Below, in pieces: positions 1-10,045 of a stretch of DNA of 37,286 nt; the stretch's first letter is position 1, and each line of letters opens with the position of its first letter. The DNA comes from Malacoraja senta (Eukaryota): NCBI GenBank assembly GCA_038087875.1, contig JAXLNO010000476.1:1-37286 (forward strand), written 5' to 3'. A model generated the notes under the pieces. It was not told the origin of the DNA, did no database searches, and saw only the letters and a list, made by a program, of their open reading frames with translations. A program made the position numbers and the translations under genes.

Positions 1-71
1 TTCTAGGGTAGTGCTGATGGAGTGACACTCTTTGGGGTAGTACTGATGTAGTGACACTGAGGAGTAGTACT

Positions 72-163
72 GATCAGCCATGATCACAATGAATGGCGAT
101 GCTGGCTCGAAGGGCCGAATGGCCTCCTCCTGCACCTATTTTCTATGTGTCTATGTTTCTATG
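72..163 (+). mobile_element. CR1-clade LINE 3' tail fragment inside the minisatellite
   Basis: gatcagccatgatcacaatgaatggcg...tcgaagggccgaatggcctcctcctgcacctattttctatgtgtctatgtttctatg; same 3' end as copies at ~23340-23425, ~31905-32000 and (reverse) 35876-35950. Confidence 0.85.
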
Positions 164-488
164 ATGGTGTGACACACGTTGGGGACGTACTGATGGAGTG
201 AAACTCTGGGATAGTACATTTGAAATGACAAACGGGGTGGGGTAATACTGATGGAGTAATACACTGTGTGTTAGGACAGATGCAATTACACACTGTGGGG
301 TAGTATTGATGGAGTGACTTACTGAGGTGGTGCATTGATGGAGTGACACACTGTGATGTAATACTGATGGAGTGACACACTATGGCGCATTACTGACGGA
401 CTGACATATTATGGAGTGTACACATGTAATCCCAGATGAATAGATAAAATGTATGGTAGCACAAATGGAGTGACACTCTGTAGGGTAA

Positions 489-796
489 ATAGACACAACA
501 TGCTGGAGTAAATCAGCGGGACAGGCAGCATCACTGGGGAGAAGGAATGGGTGATGTTTCGGGGCGAGATCCTTCTTCAGACTGATGTCACAGGAGTGGT
601 CGGGACAGAGATAGAATGTAGTCGGAGACAGTAAGACTGATGGGAGAACTGGGAACGGGAAGAGGATGGAGAAAGATGGAGAGCAAGGGCTACTTGAAGT
701 TAGAGAAATCAATGTTCATACCGCAGGAGTGTTAGCTGCCCAAGCGAAATATGAGGTGCTGGGCCTAACTCTGACAATGGAGGAGGCCCAGGGACA
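489..796 (-). mobile_element. Penelope-like element 3' fragment (end of GIY-YIG domain plus pLTR with hammerhead-like motif)
   Basis: Minus strand reads a decayed LGLLHCQS..QHLIFRLGS..GMNIDFSNFK, followed by CTGAAGAaggatctcgccccGAAACATC and gatgctgcctgtcccgctg..actccagca; homologous to 30724-31085. Confidence 0.85.
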
Positions 797-2732
797 CCAC
801 GCTCTGTGGTTGCCCTGATGGAGGGGCGTAGTTTGGTGTAGTGCTGGTGGAGCAACACAATGTGGAGTAGTATTGATGGGGTGACACCCTGTGGGGTAGT
901 TCTGATGTATGACATATTCTGATGGAGGGACACACTTTGGGGTAATAGTGATGGAGTGACACACTGTGGGATAATACTGCTGCAATGATAACCTGTCAGG
1001 TAGTTCTGATGGTGACACATTGTGGGGAGGTTCTGATGGAGTAACATACAGTGGGGTATAACTGATGGAGTGACACACTGTGGAGTAGTACTCATGGAGT
1101 TAACACTGTAGAGTAATACTGAAGTGGTCACACACTGTGGGGTATTACTGATGGAATTTCACACTGTAGTAGTACTGATGGAATTCCACACTGTGGAGTA
1201 GTCCTGAAGGGGCCACACACTGTGGGGTATTTCTGATGGAAAGGCACACTGTGGGTTGGTTCTGATGGAGTGCCAACCTGTGGGGTGGTTACTGATGAAT
1301 CGATTCACTGCGAGGTCGTACTGATGGAGTGAGATAATCTGGGGTAGTTCTGACGTAATGACATTCAGTGGGATGGTACTGATGGATTGATGCGCTGTGA
1401 GGCAGTACTGATTTGAGTGACACACTGTGGGATAGTACTGATGGAGTAACACACTGTGAGATGGTAAGGAAGGATTGACACACTGTGGGCTAGCACTGAT
1501 ATACTAACACATTGTGGGGTAGTACTGATGGAGTGTCACACTGTGGAGTATTACAGGTGTTGTGATACACTGCGGGGTAGTACTGATCGAGTGATGCACT
1601 GTGTGTAAGTACTGATGTAATGGCATACTGTGGGATAGGACTGACGGGGAGACACTGTGACATAGTAATGATGGACTGACACTGTGTGACAGAGCTGATG
1701 GAATGGCACACTGTAGGATAGTACTGATGGAGTGACAAACTTCGGGGTATTACTGATGGACTGACATACTATGGGGAAGTACAGATGGAGTGACATACTG
1801 GGGAAACTCACTGATGGAGTGACACAATTTGTGTTAACACTGATGGAGTGACACACTGTGGAGTAGTCCTGACGGAGTGACAAACGTCGGGTTAATACTG
1901 ATGATGTGACACACTATGGAGCCGTATTGGGACCCACACACAGTGGAGTAGTGCTGATGGATACACTGTGGGGAGGTACTGAACGAGTGATGCACTGCGG
2001 AGTAGTACTTATGAAGTGACCAAATGTATGGCAGTACTGATGGAGTGACACTCTGTGGGGTAGTACTGATGGAGTGACAAACGTCGGGGTAGTACTGATG
2101 ATGTGACGCACTATGGAGTCGTACTGGGACCGACACACAGTGGAGTAGTGTTGAATGATACACTGTGGGGAGGTACTGATGGAGTGACACTCTGTGGGGT
2201 AGTCCTGATGGAGTGACAAACCTCAGCGTGGTACTGATGGACCGACACACTGCGGGGTAGCACTGAAGGAGTCGTAACATGTGAAGTAGTTCTGATGGAG
2301 TGACACACTGAGGGGTAGCACTGATGAAGACACAAAAACAGTGGGGTAGTGCTGATGGAGTGACACACTGTGGGGCAGTACTGATGGAGAGACACTGTGG
2401 AATAGTACTGATGGGGTGACCCACTGTGGGGTAGTACTGATGGAGAGGCACTGTGGGGCAGTACTGATGGAGATACAGACTGTGGAATATTACTGATAGT
2501 GTGACACCCTGCGGAGTAGTACTGACGGAGTGACATAATCTGGGGTAGTACTCACAATGACAGTTTTTCATATCGTTTCAATGATTCACTACGATTGAAG
2601 ACACGGGTTCAGGAGATATTCGAAACGCATTCACGAGCTCTCCCCGAGACATTCTATGCAGTCGAAAGGGAAATCTTCCAAACACAGTCTCATGATTAAT
2701 AGTTTCTTTATTGTAGTAGTAAAAACAATAAG

Positions 2733-4234
2733 GTATTTCTGGGCAGTTAATATGAAAAATATGGACTCCTGGTTGGAAGATATGGATCAACAACCAGATT
2801 GGTTAAAGATGGAAAAGGAAGATTGTTTACCTTTTGAAATTGTTCGATCTTGTTAACCCCCACAATATTGAATGGAAAAACTTATAGTGAAAATGCGATA
2901 ATATACGAACTTGGAAACAATTAAAAATGACTTTAAAATTTGATAATTTATCACCCTCTCCCCCCCCCCTCTGTCTTACTGCTCTATTTTGTTTTGTTTA
3001 TTCCTGACTCTCAATTGTAAAGCGACTTTGAGTCCTGAAAAGCGCTATATAAATAAAATCTATTATTATTATTATTATTATTGTAAATAATCCTTCATTT
3101 AAACCTTCTGTTTTGGGTAAAGGCTTTGTACAATGGAAAAATTATGGAATTAAAAAGGTTGGACACCTTTACAGAAAAGTTTATTTTTTTTCATTTCAGG
3201 AGTTACAACAGAATTATGGATTACATTCAAATATTTGTTTTAGATATTTACAACTTAGAGATTATGTTAAATCACATACACAAAAATATAGAACTAGGGA
3301 GCCCGAGATTCTTGATTAATGTTTGAATAAACATCCTAACACATTTCTCACATTTCTCACATTTATCTCACATTTATAATATTCTTTTAGAAAGTGAGGT
3401 TCCGTCGACGGAACTATATAGACAAGCATGGGAAAATGAATTAGCTCAACCCATAATGAAAGATATATGGGATGAAAGTCTACAACATATACATCAATGC
3501 TCGTTAAATGCTAGACATTCTTTAATAAAATTTAATGTACTATTCTAAAAAAAATTAAACAGAATTCATCCAAATATTTCTCCTATCTGTGACAAATGTC
3601 AATATTTAGAAGCTAATTTAACTCTTACTTTTGTAAACTACAAAAATTAAAAATTTCTGGACGGGTATTTTAAAAATTATTTCTGGTTGTTAATATCCAA
3701 TTAGATCCTGATCCAAAACTAATAATATTAGGAATATCAGAACAAAGCTGCAAACTTACAATAAACCAAATAAATTTCCTTGATTATAGTATAATAATTG
3801 GGAACAAATTTATATTAAAAATTTGGAAAAACCCAACAACCCCCACAATTAAAATGTGGATTATGGAGTTGTCTGAGACCTTACACTTGGAACAAATTAG
3901 ACTTGTCTTAATTGACAAATCAGACTTATTTGCGAGATTATGGTCTCCATTTATTGATTTTCTGTAAGGGTAAATTGGTTCAACACGGAAGCTTGACTGA
4001 AACTTGAATCCAGGATTGGATGAATAATTACACTTCATAATCTACGGACCTATCTCCAAAATTGTGTTATTGGTAATTTGTTTTTTGTTTTTTTCTTTTT
4101 TCTCCCTCCCTTCTTTCTATAGCTCTATCTTTCAAAAAATCTATACAAAAATAAAGAATTAATATGTAACTGATAAACAAATCGTGTTTTGGTTATGATA
4201 TGTATATGCTTCTAATAAAAAATATATTTTTTAA
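2733..4234 (+). mobile_element. Old 5'-truncated L1 (ORF2 C-terminal region plus 3'UTR and A-rich tail), decayed
   Basis: Peptides YFWAVNMKNM..WLKMEKEDC and FSFQELQQNYGL..FRYLQLRDY align with the ORF2 C-terminus of the L1 at 12998-14239; many stops and frameshifts; ends tctaataaaaaata. Confidence 0.9.
2955..3082 (+). mobile_element. L2/CR1-type LINE or SINE 3' tail nested in the old L1
   Basis: tgtaaagcgactttgagtcctgaaaagcgctatataaataaa followed by (TAT)n; L1 sequence resumes afterwards. Confidence 0.65.
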
Positions 4235-4485
4235 ACTAAGATATTCATCCAAACTTCTTCTTGTATAAATACATTTTGATCTTACTCATAGTCAAACTCG
4301 TGCACGATCTTCCCCCATGCTTCTTCCAATTAAATTAAACCTACTAGCGAGTCTGCGCGAGAATCCCAGCCGCAAAGTCGCCTCAGACTACGTATAAATC
4401 CCGCCAACATAATTACAGGCAGCTAAAATATAAAGGTAACTGGTTATAGTTATAACAAACTGAGTTGAGCTAAATGGCTACTACA

Positions 4486-4832
4486 GTACTGCTGTGCTAA
4501 TATATTGTGGGGTAGTACTGATGGATTGCTTCACTGTGGGGTAGTACTGATGGAGTGATACACTGTGGGGTAGTACTGATGGAGAGATACACTGTGGGTT
4601 TGTAGTGATGGAGTGATACACTGTGGAGTAGTACTGATGGAGAGATACACTGTGGGTGGTACTGATGGAGTGATACACTGTGGGGTAGTACCGATGGAGT
4701 GATGAACTGTGGGGTTGTACCGATGGAGTGATACACTGTGGGGTAGTACCGATGGAGTGATACACTGTGGGGATAGTACTGTCGGAGTGATACACTGTGG
4801 GGTAGTACTGATGGAGTGATACACTGTGGGGT
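4486..4832. repeat. 29-bp minisatellite, middle homogeneous block (GATACACTGTG variant)
   Basis: About 12 near-identical tandem units. Confidence 0.96.
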
Positions 4833-5493
4833 TGTGAATGCGCAGGGGTTTGGGTACTTTGGAAAATGGCAAGTATCTGTGAGAGAATAGGCTTCATTGA
4901 TAATGACATCACTTTGCAAGGTGCTAGAGACCCATGTGACCTAGCTGGCTCCACTAAGTCTGGACCTCTGAAGAAGCTCCAGGAAGCTTCTGCCCATGTG
5001 ACCCACCTGTTGCCACTATGTCTGGGTTCCTAAAGAGGTTTCTGATATGTTTCAGTGCAAAGACGCTGAATGCATGTTTATGATTGGTTATGTGTGTTTT
5101 ATGTTTTCTAATTTATTTCAGTGTCTTCCCGCTGGTACATGTGATTGGTCCAGAAGGGTGGCCTGCACCTGGATGTTATATCTACTGATTTGTGATTGGG
5201 CAAAGCAGTTACCTCCCCAGGTATGTTCGCGTCGGTATCGGTGATTGGCTTGTAGGGTTGCCTCCCCCTGTATATTGGCGCCTTTTGTTTATTGGGGTAT
5301 AAAAGGGTGAACATTCCTTTGGAGCGTGTAGGTTGTATTTCCTTCTGTTCTGTTTAGGCGAGACTGCTGGGGTCTCGAGTGAATGGATCCGAGGCTGGTC
5401 CCACGGTACTGCTTACAAATAAATAATGGTTTGGATTCAAGTATCCGTCTCAGTGATTGACTGAACCAGAGAGTTTTAGATCCGGAATCAACA
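4833..5493 (+). mobile_element. Solo LTR (ERV or Gypsy type), 661 bp
   Basis: Starts TG(TGAATG), ends (ATCAA)CA. Four GATTGG (reverse CCAAT) boxes at ~5082, 5143, 5194 and 5243, TATAAAA at 5298-5304, AATAAA at 5418-5423, in U3-R-U5 order. Flanked on both sides by minisatellite; no matching TSD. Confidence 0.8.
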
Positions 5494-5498
5494 TTCTT

Positions 5499-5990
5499 GT
5501 ATCGATGGAGTGATACACTGTGGGGTAGTACTGATGGAGTGATGAACTGTGGGGTAGTACTGATGGAGTGGTGAACTGTGGGGTAGTACTGATGGAGTGG
5601 TGAACTCTGGGGTAGTACTGATGGAGTGATACACTGTGGGGTAGTACTGATGGAGTGGTGAACGCTGGGGTAGTACTGATGGAGTGGTACACTGTGGGGT
5701 AGTACTGATGGATTGATACATTGTGGGTAGTACTGATGGAGTGATGAACTGTGGGGTAGTACTGATGGAGTGATGAACTGTGGGGGTAGTACTGATGCAG
5801 TGATACACTGTGAGGTAGTATTGATGGAGTGATACACTGTGGGGTAGTACTGATGGAGTGATACACTGTGGGGTAGTACTGATGGAGTGGTGAACTGTGG
5901 GGCAGTACTGATGGAGTGACGCAGTGCGCGGTAGTACTGATCGAGTGACGCAGTGCGCGGTAGTACTGATCGAGTGACGCACTGTGGGGT
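5499..5990. repeat. 29-bp minisatellite, right homogeneous block (GATGAA/GGTGAA variants; CpG-rich terminal units)
   Basis: GATGGAG recurs at 5504, 5533, 5562..., giving period 29. Confidence 0.97.
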
Positions 5991-5991
5991 C

Positions 5992-6624
5992 CATGGGCGG
6001 AAACCGCTTTCAAGACATGGGGGGGCGCGATTTCTTGGTGCCGCACGCACACAAACAAACACGCGCGCGCGAGGCATCAGCCGTGGGCCTTGTGGAACGT
6101 AACATCGGGAGCTGACCTGGTTGGTGACCGACTCCGATCTCCAGCAACAGCAGCTTCCTCCGCGCCGAATCGTGGGACTTCAATCAGCCCATTCGCGGGG
6201 CCTTTCATCGCACGGCTCGGCTAAAAATCGGCAGCGGGATCTTCCGCAAACGGGCCGATTCAAGCTCCGCTCTATCATCTTTGCTCCACCAGGACATCTC
6301 CCTCCTCCAATCACCGCGCTCCTCCCACCCACCCCCCTACATCCGCCTCTGACCGACAACTCCCTCCTCAAATCATCGCGCTGAATCATCATGCCCCCCC
6401 ACTGCCTGCTGACTGACGTCTCTGTCGTCCAATCCGTGCCCTCGATCATTAGTCCCACCCCCAATGTCTCGCGGAAAGCGGAGATATTTAATAGATTTTT
6501 TTTCACAAAATATAAAAATCCGGATTACAAAACATGGGGGGAGGGGGGGGGTTGTCCCCCACCTCTCAAAACACGGAGGGGACGTGTGCCCCCTGTCACC
6601 CCCCTCCCGGGATTTCCGCCCATG
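5992..6624. mobile_element. Non-autonomous DNA transposon (MITE), hAT-like termini
   Basis: Terminal inverted repeats (C)CATGGGCGGAAA at 5991-6003 and TTTCCGCCCATG(G) at 6613-6625; GC/CpG-rich interior with no credible ORF; 8-bp flanks do not match. Confidence 0.8.
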
Positions 6625-6625
6625 G

Positions 6626-6790
6626 GCAGAGGGAGGGGAAGAGGGAGGGGAGGAGGGAGCGGCAGAGGGAGGGGCAGAGGGAGGGGAGGGGCAGAGTAGA
6701 GGGGCAGAGGGAGGGGAAGAGGGAGGGGAAGAAGGAGGGGAAGAGGGAGCGGAAGAGGGAGGGGCAAAGGGCGAGTGTGAAAGAGGGGAA
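6626..6790. repeat. Purine-only GA-rich simple repeat (~GAGGGGCAGAGG, 6/12-bp period)
   Basis: Directly visible; generates the PLPLPL, GRGRGR and EGGEEG pseudo-ORFs. Confidence 0.95.
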
Positions 6791-6864
6791 GGTATTTCTT
6801 TGACTATCTGCTTTTTTGCATATCTTCCAATTATTTTTACCTAGTACCATCCATTATACGCGTC

Positions 6865-7015
6865 CCCCTCTCCTCTGACTCTCACTCTGAACAAAGGTAT
6901 CGAGCCGAAACGTCACCCATTGCTTTTCCCCCAGATGCTGCCTGACCCGCTGAGTTACTCCAGCTTTATGTGCCTTTCTTCGGTTTAAACCAGAATCTAC
7001 AATTTCTTCCCACAC
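6865..7015 (+). mobile_element. Penelope pLTR-derived repeat
   Basis: ctgaacaaaggtatcgagccgaaacgtcacccattg...gatgctgcctgacccgctgagttactccagc; same family as 489-600 and 37098-37286. Confidence 0.85.
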
Positions 7016-7093
7016 AACAAAAACATTTGCTCATCTGTTGTCTCTGCATCCAACCCCCAACTACCCGTATTTTCTTCCCATTCAAACCCTTAC

Positions 7094-7760
7094 CTCAAAC
7101 AAACTAATTTCTGCTTCAGTTCTCCGACCAGCAGTTGACATTCCGAGCAGTTTTCCAGGGAGTGTGACGGGGCATTTCCGGTTTCTCCTGTAGTCCGAGA
7201 CTCAGACCCTCAACACACCAAGGACCCATCAGCCGAGGCAACGGAACCATCGCCCAATCGCCAGTAAAATATTGTGAATTTGAAATTCAAAACTTCAGTG
7301 AAATCGCAGTAAGCTCCGTCCAAGATAAAAACGAGCGATAGAGCGGATCAACATTGTCGCCTTCTCGCCCGCGTCCCCGGTGCCCAGACGTCGGCCACAG
7401 AAGGGATAACAAAATGACTCAGTCCTCTGTGAGTTCCGGAGGAACAGCGATACAACGAACAAAGGTTTATCCAGTGGGGCGTCTCCACAAACGATCACTG
7501 CCCAAACACTGGGCAATGAAGTCGCGGACAAATTGTCACCGCTCCGGACTGTGAATCAGTCTGCCGTAGTTCAAATGGCAATCGCTGCTTTGGGCGGGAG
7601 TTGCAGCAGCAGGTAAACAACACCGCAGCCTCATTTCCACACAAAGAAAACATGCACCGACCCTCCCAGTAACCTGCCGCCGCTCCCCGTCTCTATTGGC
7701 AACCGCCGCCTCAGCCAGAGAGTTGGGGGCGGGCGCGGATTACACCTGGGCTCACAACAG
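7094..7760 (-). promoter_or_regulatory. CpG-rich unique segment; candidate promoter and first exon transcribed leftwards
   Basis: Elevated CpG in apparently non-repeat DNA; ATTGG at ~7695, GGGCGG at ~7592 and ~7727; strong minus-strand donor GAG|GTAAGG at 7094/7093. Confidence 0.35.
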
Positions 7761-7952
7761 AGCCAGTTATACAGCGAGTTGCAGAACAAAGGGAGCAGAG
7801 AGCAGCACAGCACATAAACTGATGCTGGGAACAAAGAACTGTAGACGCTGGTTAATACACACAAGGACACTGTGAACCGAAGAATACGATACGTATAATC
7901 CCCAAACCGAAACCATGGGTGATCCGTGAGCTCCATTCACAGGTGAATCTCA

Positions 7953-8048
7953 AGTCTCAAGAAGGGTCTCGACCCGAAACGTCACTACTCCTTCGCTCCA
8001 TAGATGCTGCCTCACCCGTTACGTTTCTACAGCATTTTGTCAACCTTC
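7953..8048 (+). mobile_element. Penelope pLTR-derived repeat
   Basis: agtctcaagaagggtctcgacccgaaacgtcact...atagatgctgcctcaccc...cagcattttg. Confidence 0.85.
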
Positions 8049-8057
8049 AAGTTTACT

Positions 8058-8372
8058 TTTGTTTAGTTTAGAGATTCAACCGGGAAACAGGCCCTTCGGC
8101 CCACCGTGTCCGCGCTGACCAGCGACCCCGTAAAACTAACACTATCATACACACACCAGGAACAATTTACTATTCTATTAAACTAATTAATCTACAAACT
8201 TGTTCTGTGCGACTTTGGAGTGTGGGATGAAATCGGAGCATCGGGACATAATCCACGCAGGTCACGGGGAGAACATATCAACTCCTAACGGACTTCACCC
8301 GTAGTCAGGATCGAACCCAGGTCTCTGGTGCTGCAAGGCAGTAACACTACCGCTACGCCACCGTGCTGTCCC
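8058..8372 (-). mobile_element. tRNA-derived V-SINE (HE1-like), near full length
   Basis: Minus strand: gcacggtggcgtagcggtag (A box)...ggttcgatcctgact (B box), V-domain ttctccccgtgacctgcgtgg, CR1-derived tail gggccgaagggcctgtttc, (CTAAA)n end. Confidence 0.9.
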
Positions 8373-9140
8373 AAGTCTGCAGCGTTCACGACAGTCTATG
8401 CCGTGCGGCACGGGATATCTATCAATGACTGTCGCAGAGCCATTAAGGAGGCCAAGAGGGAATTGCGGACCAAGCTGGAGACCCGAGGCAATGAGACGGA
8501 TACCCGCAGATTGTGGCAAGGCTTGCACGCTGGAACGGGCTACAAAGCGAAGGTGGCCAACATCGATGGCGACAATGGGTCCCTCCCCGAGGAGCTGAAT
8601 ACATTCTCCGCCCGCTTTGAATAGAATGTCTGGAGGAATATTTCCCGCTCCATCAGTCTCGGGTTCACCTGTACCAACGGTTACTGTGGCAGGCTATCCT
8701 GGGAGTGAATCTGTGGAGAGCTACTGGCTCGGATGCAGTCCATTGACTACTGTACACTCAGAACTGTGCGGCCAAATTCGGCAAAAAGCCACATCTACAA
8801 GTCTGCAGGTGACAACTCTGTGGTGGGCGGATCATGAACACTGACGAGACGGAGCACAAGAGGAAGACGGGGAGCTTAGCAACATGGTTGGTGTCCGGAG
8901 ATCACTCTCTCACTCAATGCCAGCAACACGAAGGAGCTAGTTACTGTCTTCAGGAATCTTGATGGAGTACCCTGCCCCAATCTGCACCTATGGGGCCAAA
9001 GTGGAAATGGTTGACAACTTGAAATTCCATGGCATTAATATTACCAAAGATCTGTCGGGCACCGACCATATTGAAGCGTCAGCCACAAAAACACATCAAA
9101 AGGAATCTGAGGAAATTCGGCATGTCACCAATAATTCATA
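8373..9140 (+). mobile_element. Rex1/Babar LINE fragments (internally deleted)
   Basis: RRAIKEAKRE..DTRRLWQGL..GYK..SLPEELNTFSARFE and VEMVDNLKFHGINITKDLS are typical Rex1 ORF motifs. Confidence 0.85.
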
Positions 9141-9145
9141 CACAC

Positions 9146-10045
9146 TTCAGGCGTCGGTGCTGGACCCATTGCTGTTTGTCATCTATATCAAGGATTTGGA
9201 TGAGAACGTATACATCATTAATAAATTTGCCGATGTCACCATGGTTGGTAGTATTGTCGATAGCGAAGATGGTTGTTAAGAATGACAGCAGGACCTTGAG
9301 CAGTTCAGTAGGTGGGCTGAGGAGTTGTGTTGGGGTTTAATGCTGATAATTGTTAAGTTTTGAATTTTGGGAAGTCAAACCAGCGCAGGACTTACATAGT
9401 GAATTGTAGGAGTCAGGGCAGTGTTGTAGTGAAGAGGGATCCAACATTGCAGGTACATACTGTAGCTCCTTGAACGTGGCGTCACAAGTAGATAGGGTGG
9501 TCAAGAACGCTTTTGGCACATAGGCCATCATCAATCAGAGTATTGAATATAGAGGTAGGGAGGTCATATTACACGTGTACAAGACATTGGTGAGGCCTCA
9601 CAGAGTGTTGAGTCCAGTTTTGGTCATCCTGTTGGTGGAAAGATAGTGTCAAGCAGGAAGGGGGTACATAAGAGATTTACTGGGATGTCGCCAGGACTTG
9701 TGGCTGAGCGAAAGGGAGAAGTTTAGGAGGCTAGGTCTTTATTTTTTGGAGCACAGGAGGACGTGTATACACGATCATGAGATGAAAATATAGGGTAAAT
9801 ACACAAACTTTGAACCAGAATAGGGGAATCGAGAACAATGGGACACGGTTCAAGGCGCGGGTTGAGAGATTCAATAGGAACCTGCGCGGCAAATTGTTTA
9901 AACAAAGCATGGCAGGTGTGTGGATCGAGCTGTCGGAGGAGGGGGATGAGGCAGGTGCTAACGCACTGTATAAGAAACTTTTAGACAGGTACATAAACAG
10001 GTTAGGTTGAGAAGGATATTTGCCTAATCTGGTAGATGGGACTAG
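9146..10045 (+). mobile_element. CR1 (HER1-like) LINE 3' portion, decayed RT and 3'UTR
   Basis: QASVLDPLLFVIYIKDLDE..NKFADVTMVG (decayed QGSVLGP...FADD motif) followed by CR1 C-terminal region. Confidence 0.9.

Larger units (their letters stand above)
1..2550. repeat. 29-bp minisatellite, left (older, more diverged) block; consensus ~AGTACTGATGGAGTGACACACTGTGGGGT
   Basis: Tandem recurrence of the unit is directly visible. The minus strand of the consensus lacks stops, which explains the many HSISTTPQCVTPSVLP-type ORFs. Interrupted by TE pieces at ~72-163 and ~489-796. Confidence 0.97.

Noticed and set aside
4486..5990. CRISPR-like array (29-bp repeats)
   Set aside because: Units are head-to-tail with no unique spacers, there are no cas genes, and the context is eukaryotic.
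143..6077. Long minus-strand ORFs with HSISTTPQCITPSVLPHSVSLHQYYPTVY repeats (up to 262 aa)
   Set aside because: Artefact of a 29-bp unit without minus-strand stops; the same peptide appears in all three frames.
6391..6850. RG-rich, PL-rich and EG-rich ORFs
   Set aside because: Translations of the GA simple repeat.
8290..8372. tRNA gene (A and B boxes); also at ~34540-34610 and ~34905-34975
   Set aside because: These are tRNA-derived heads of HE1-like SINEs, continuous with the V-domain and CR1-type tail.
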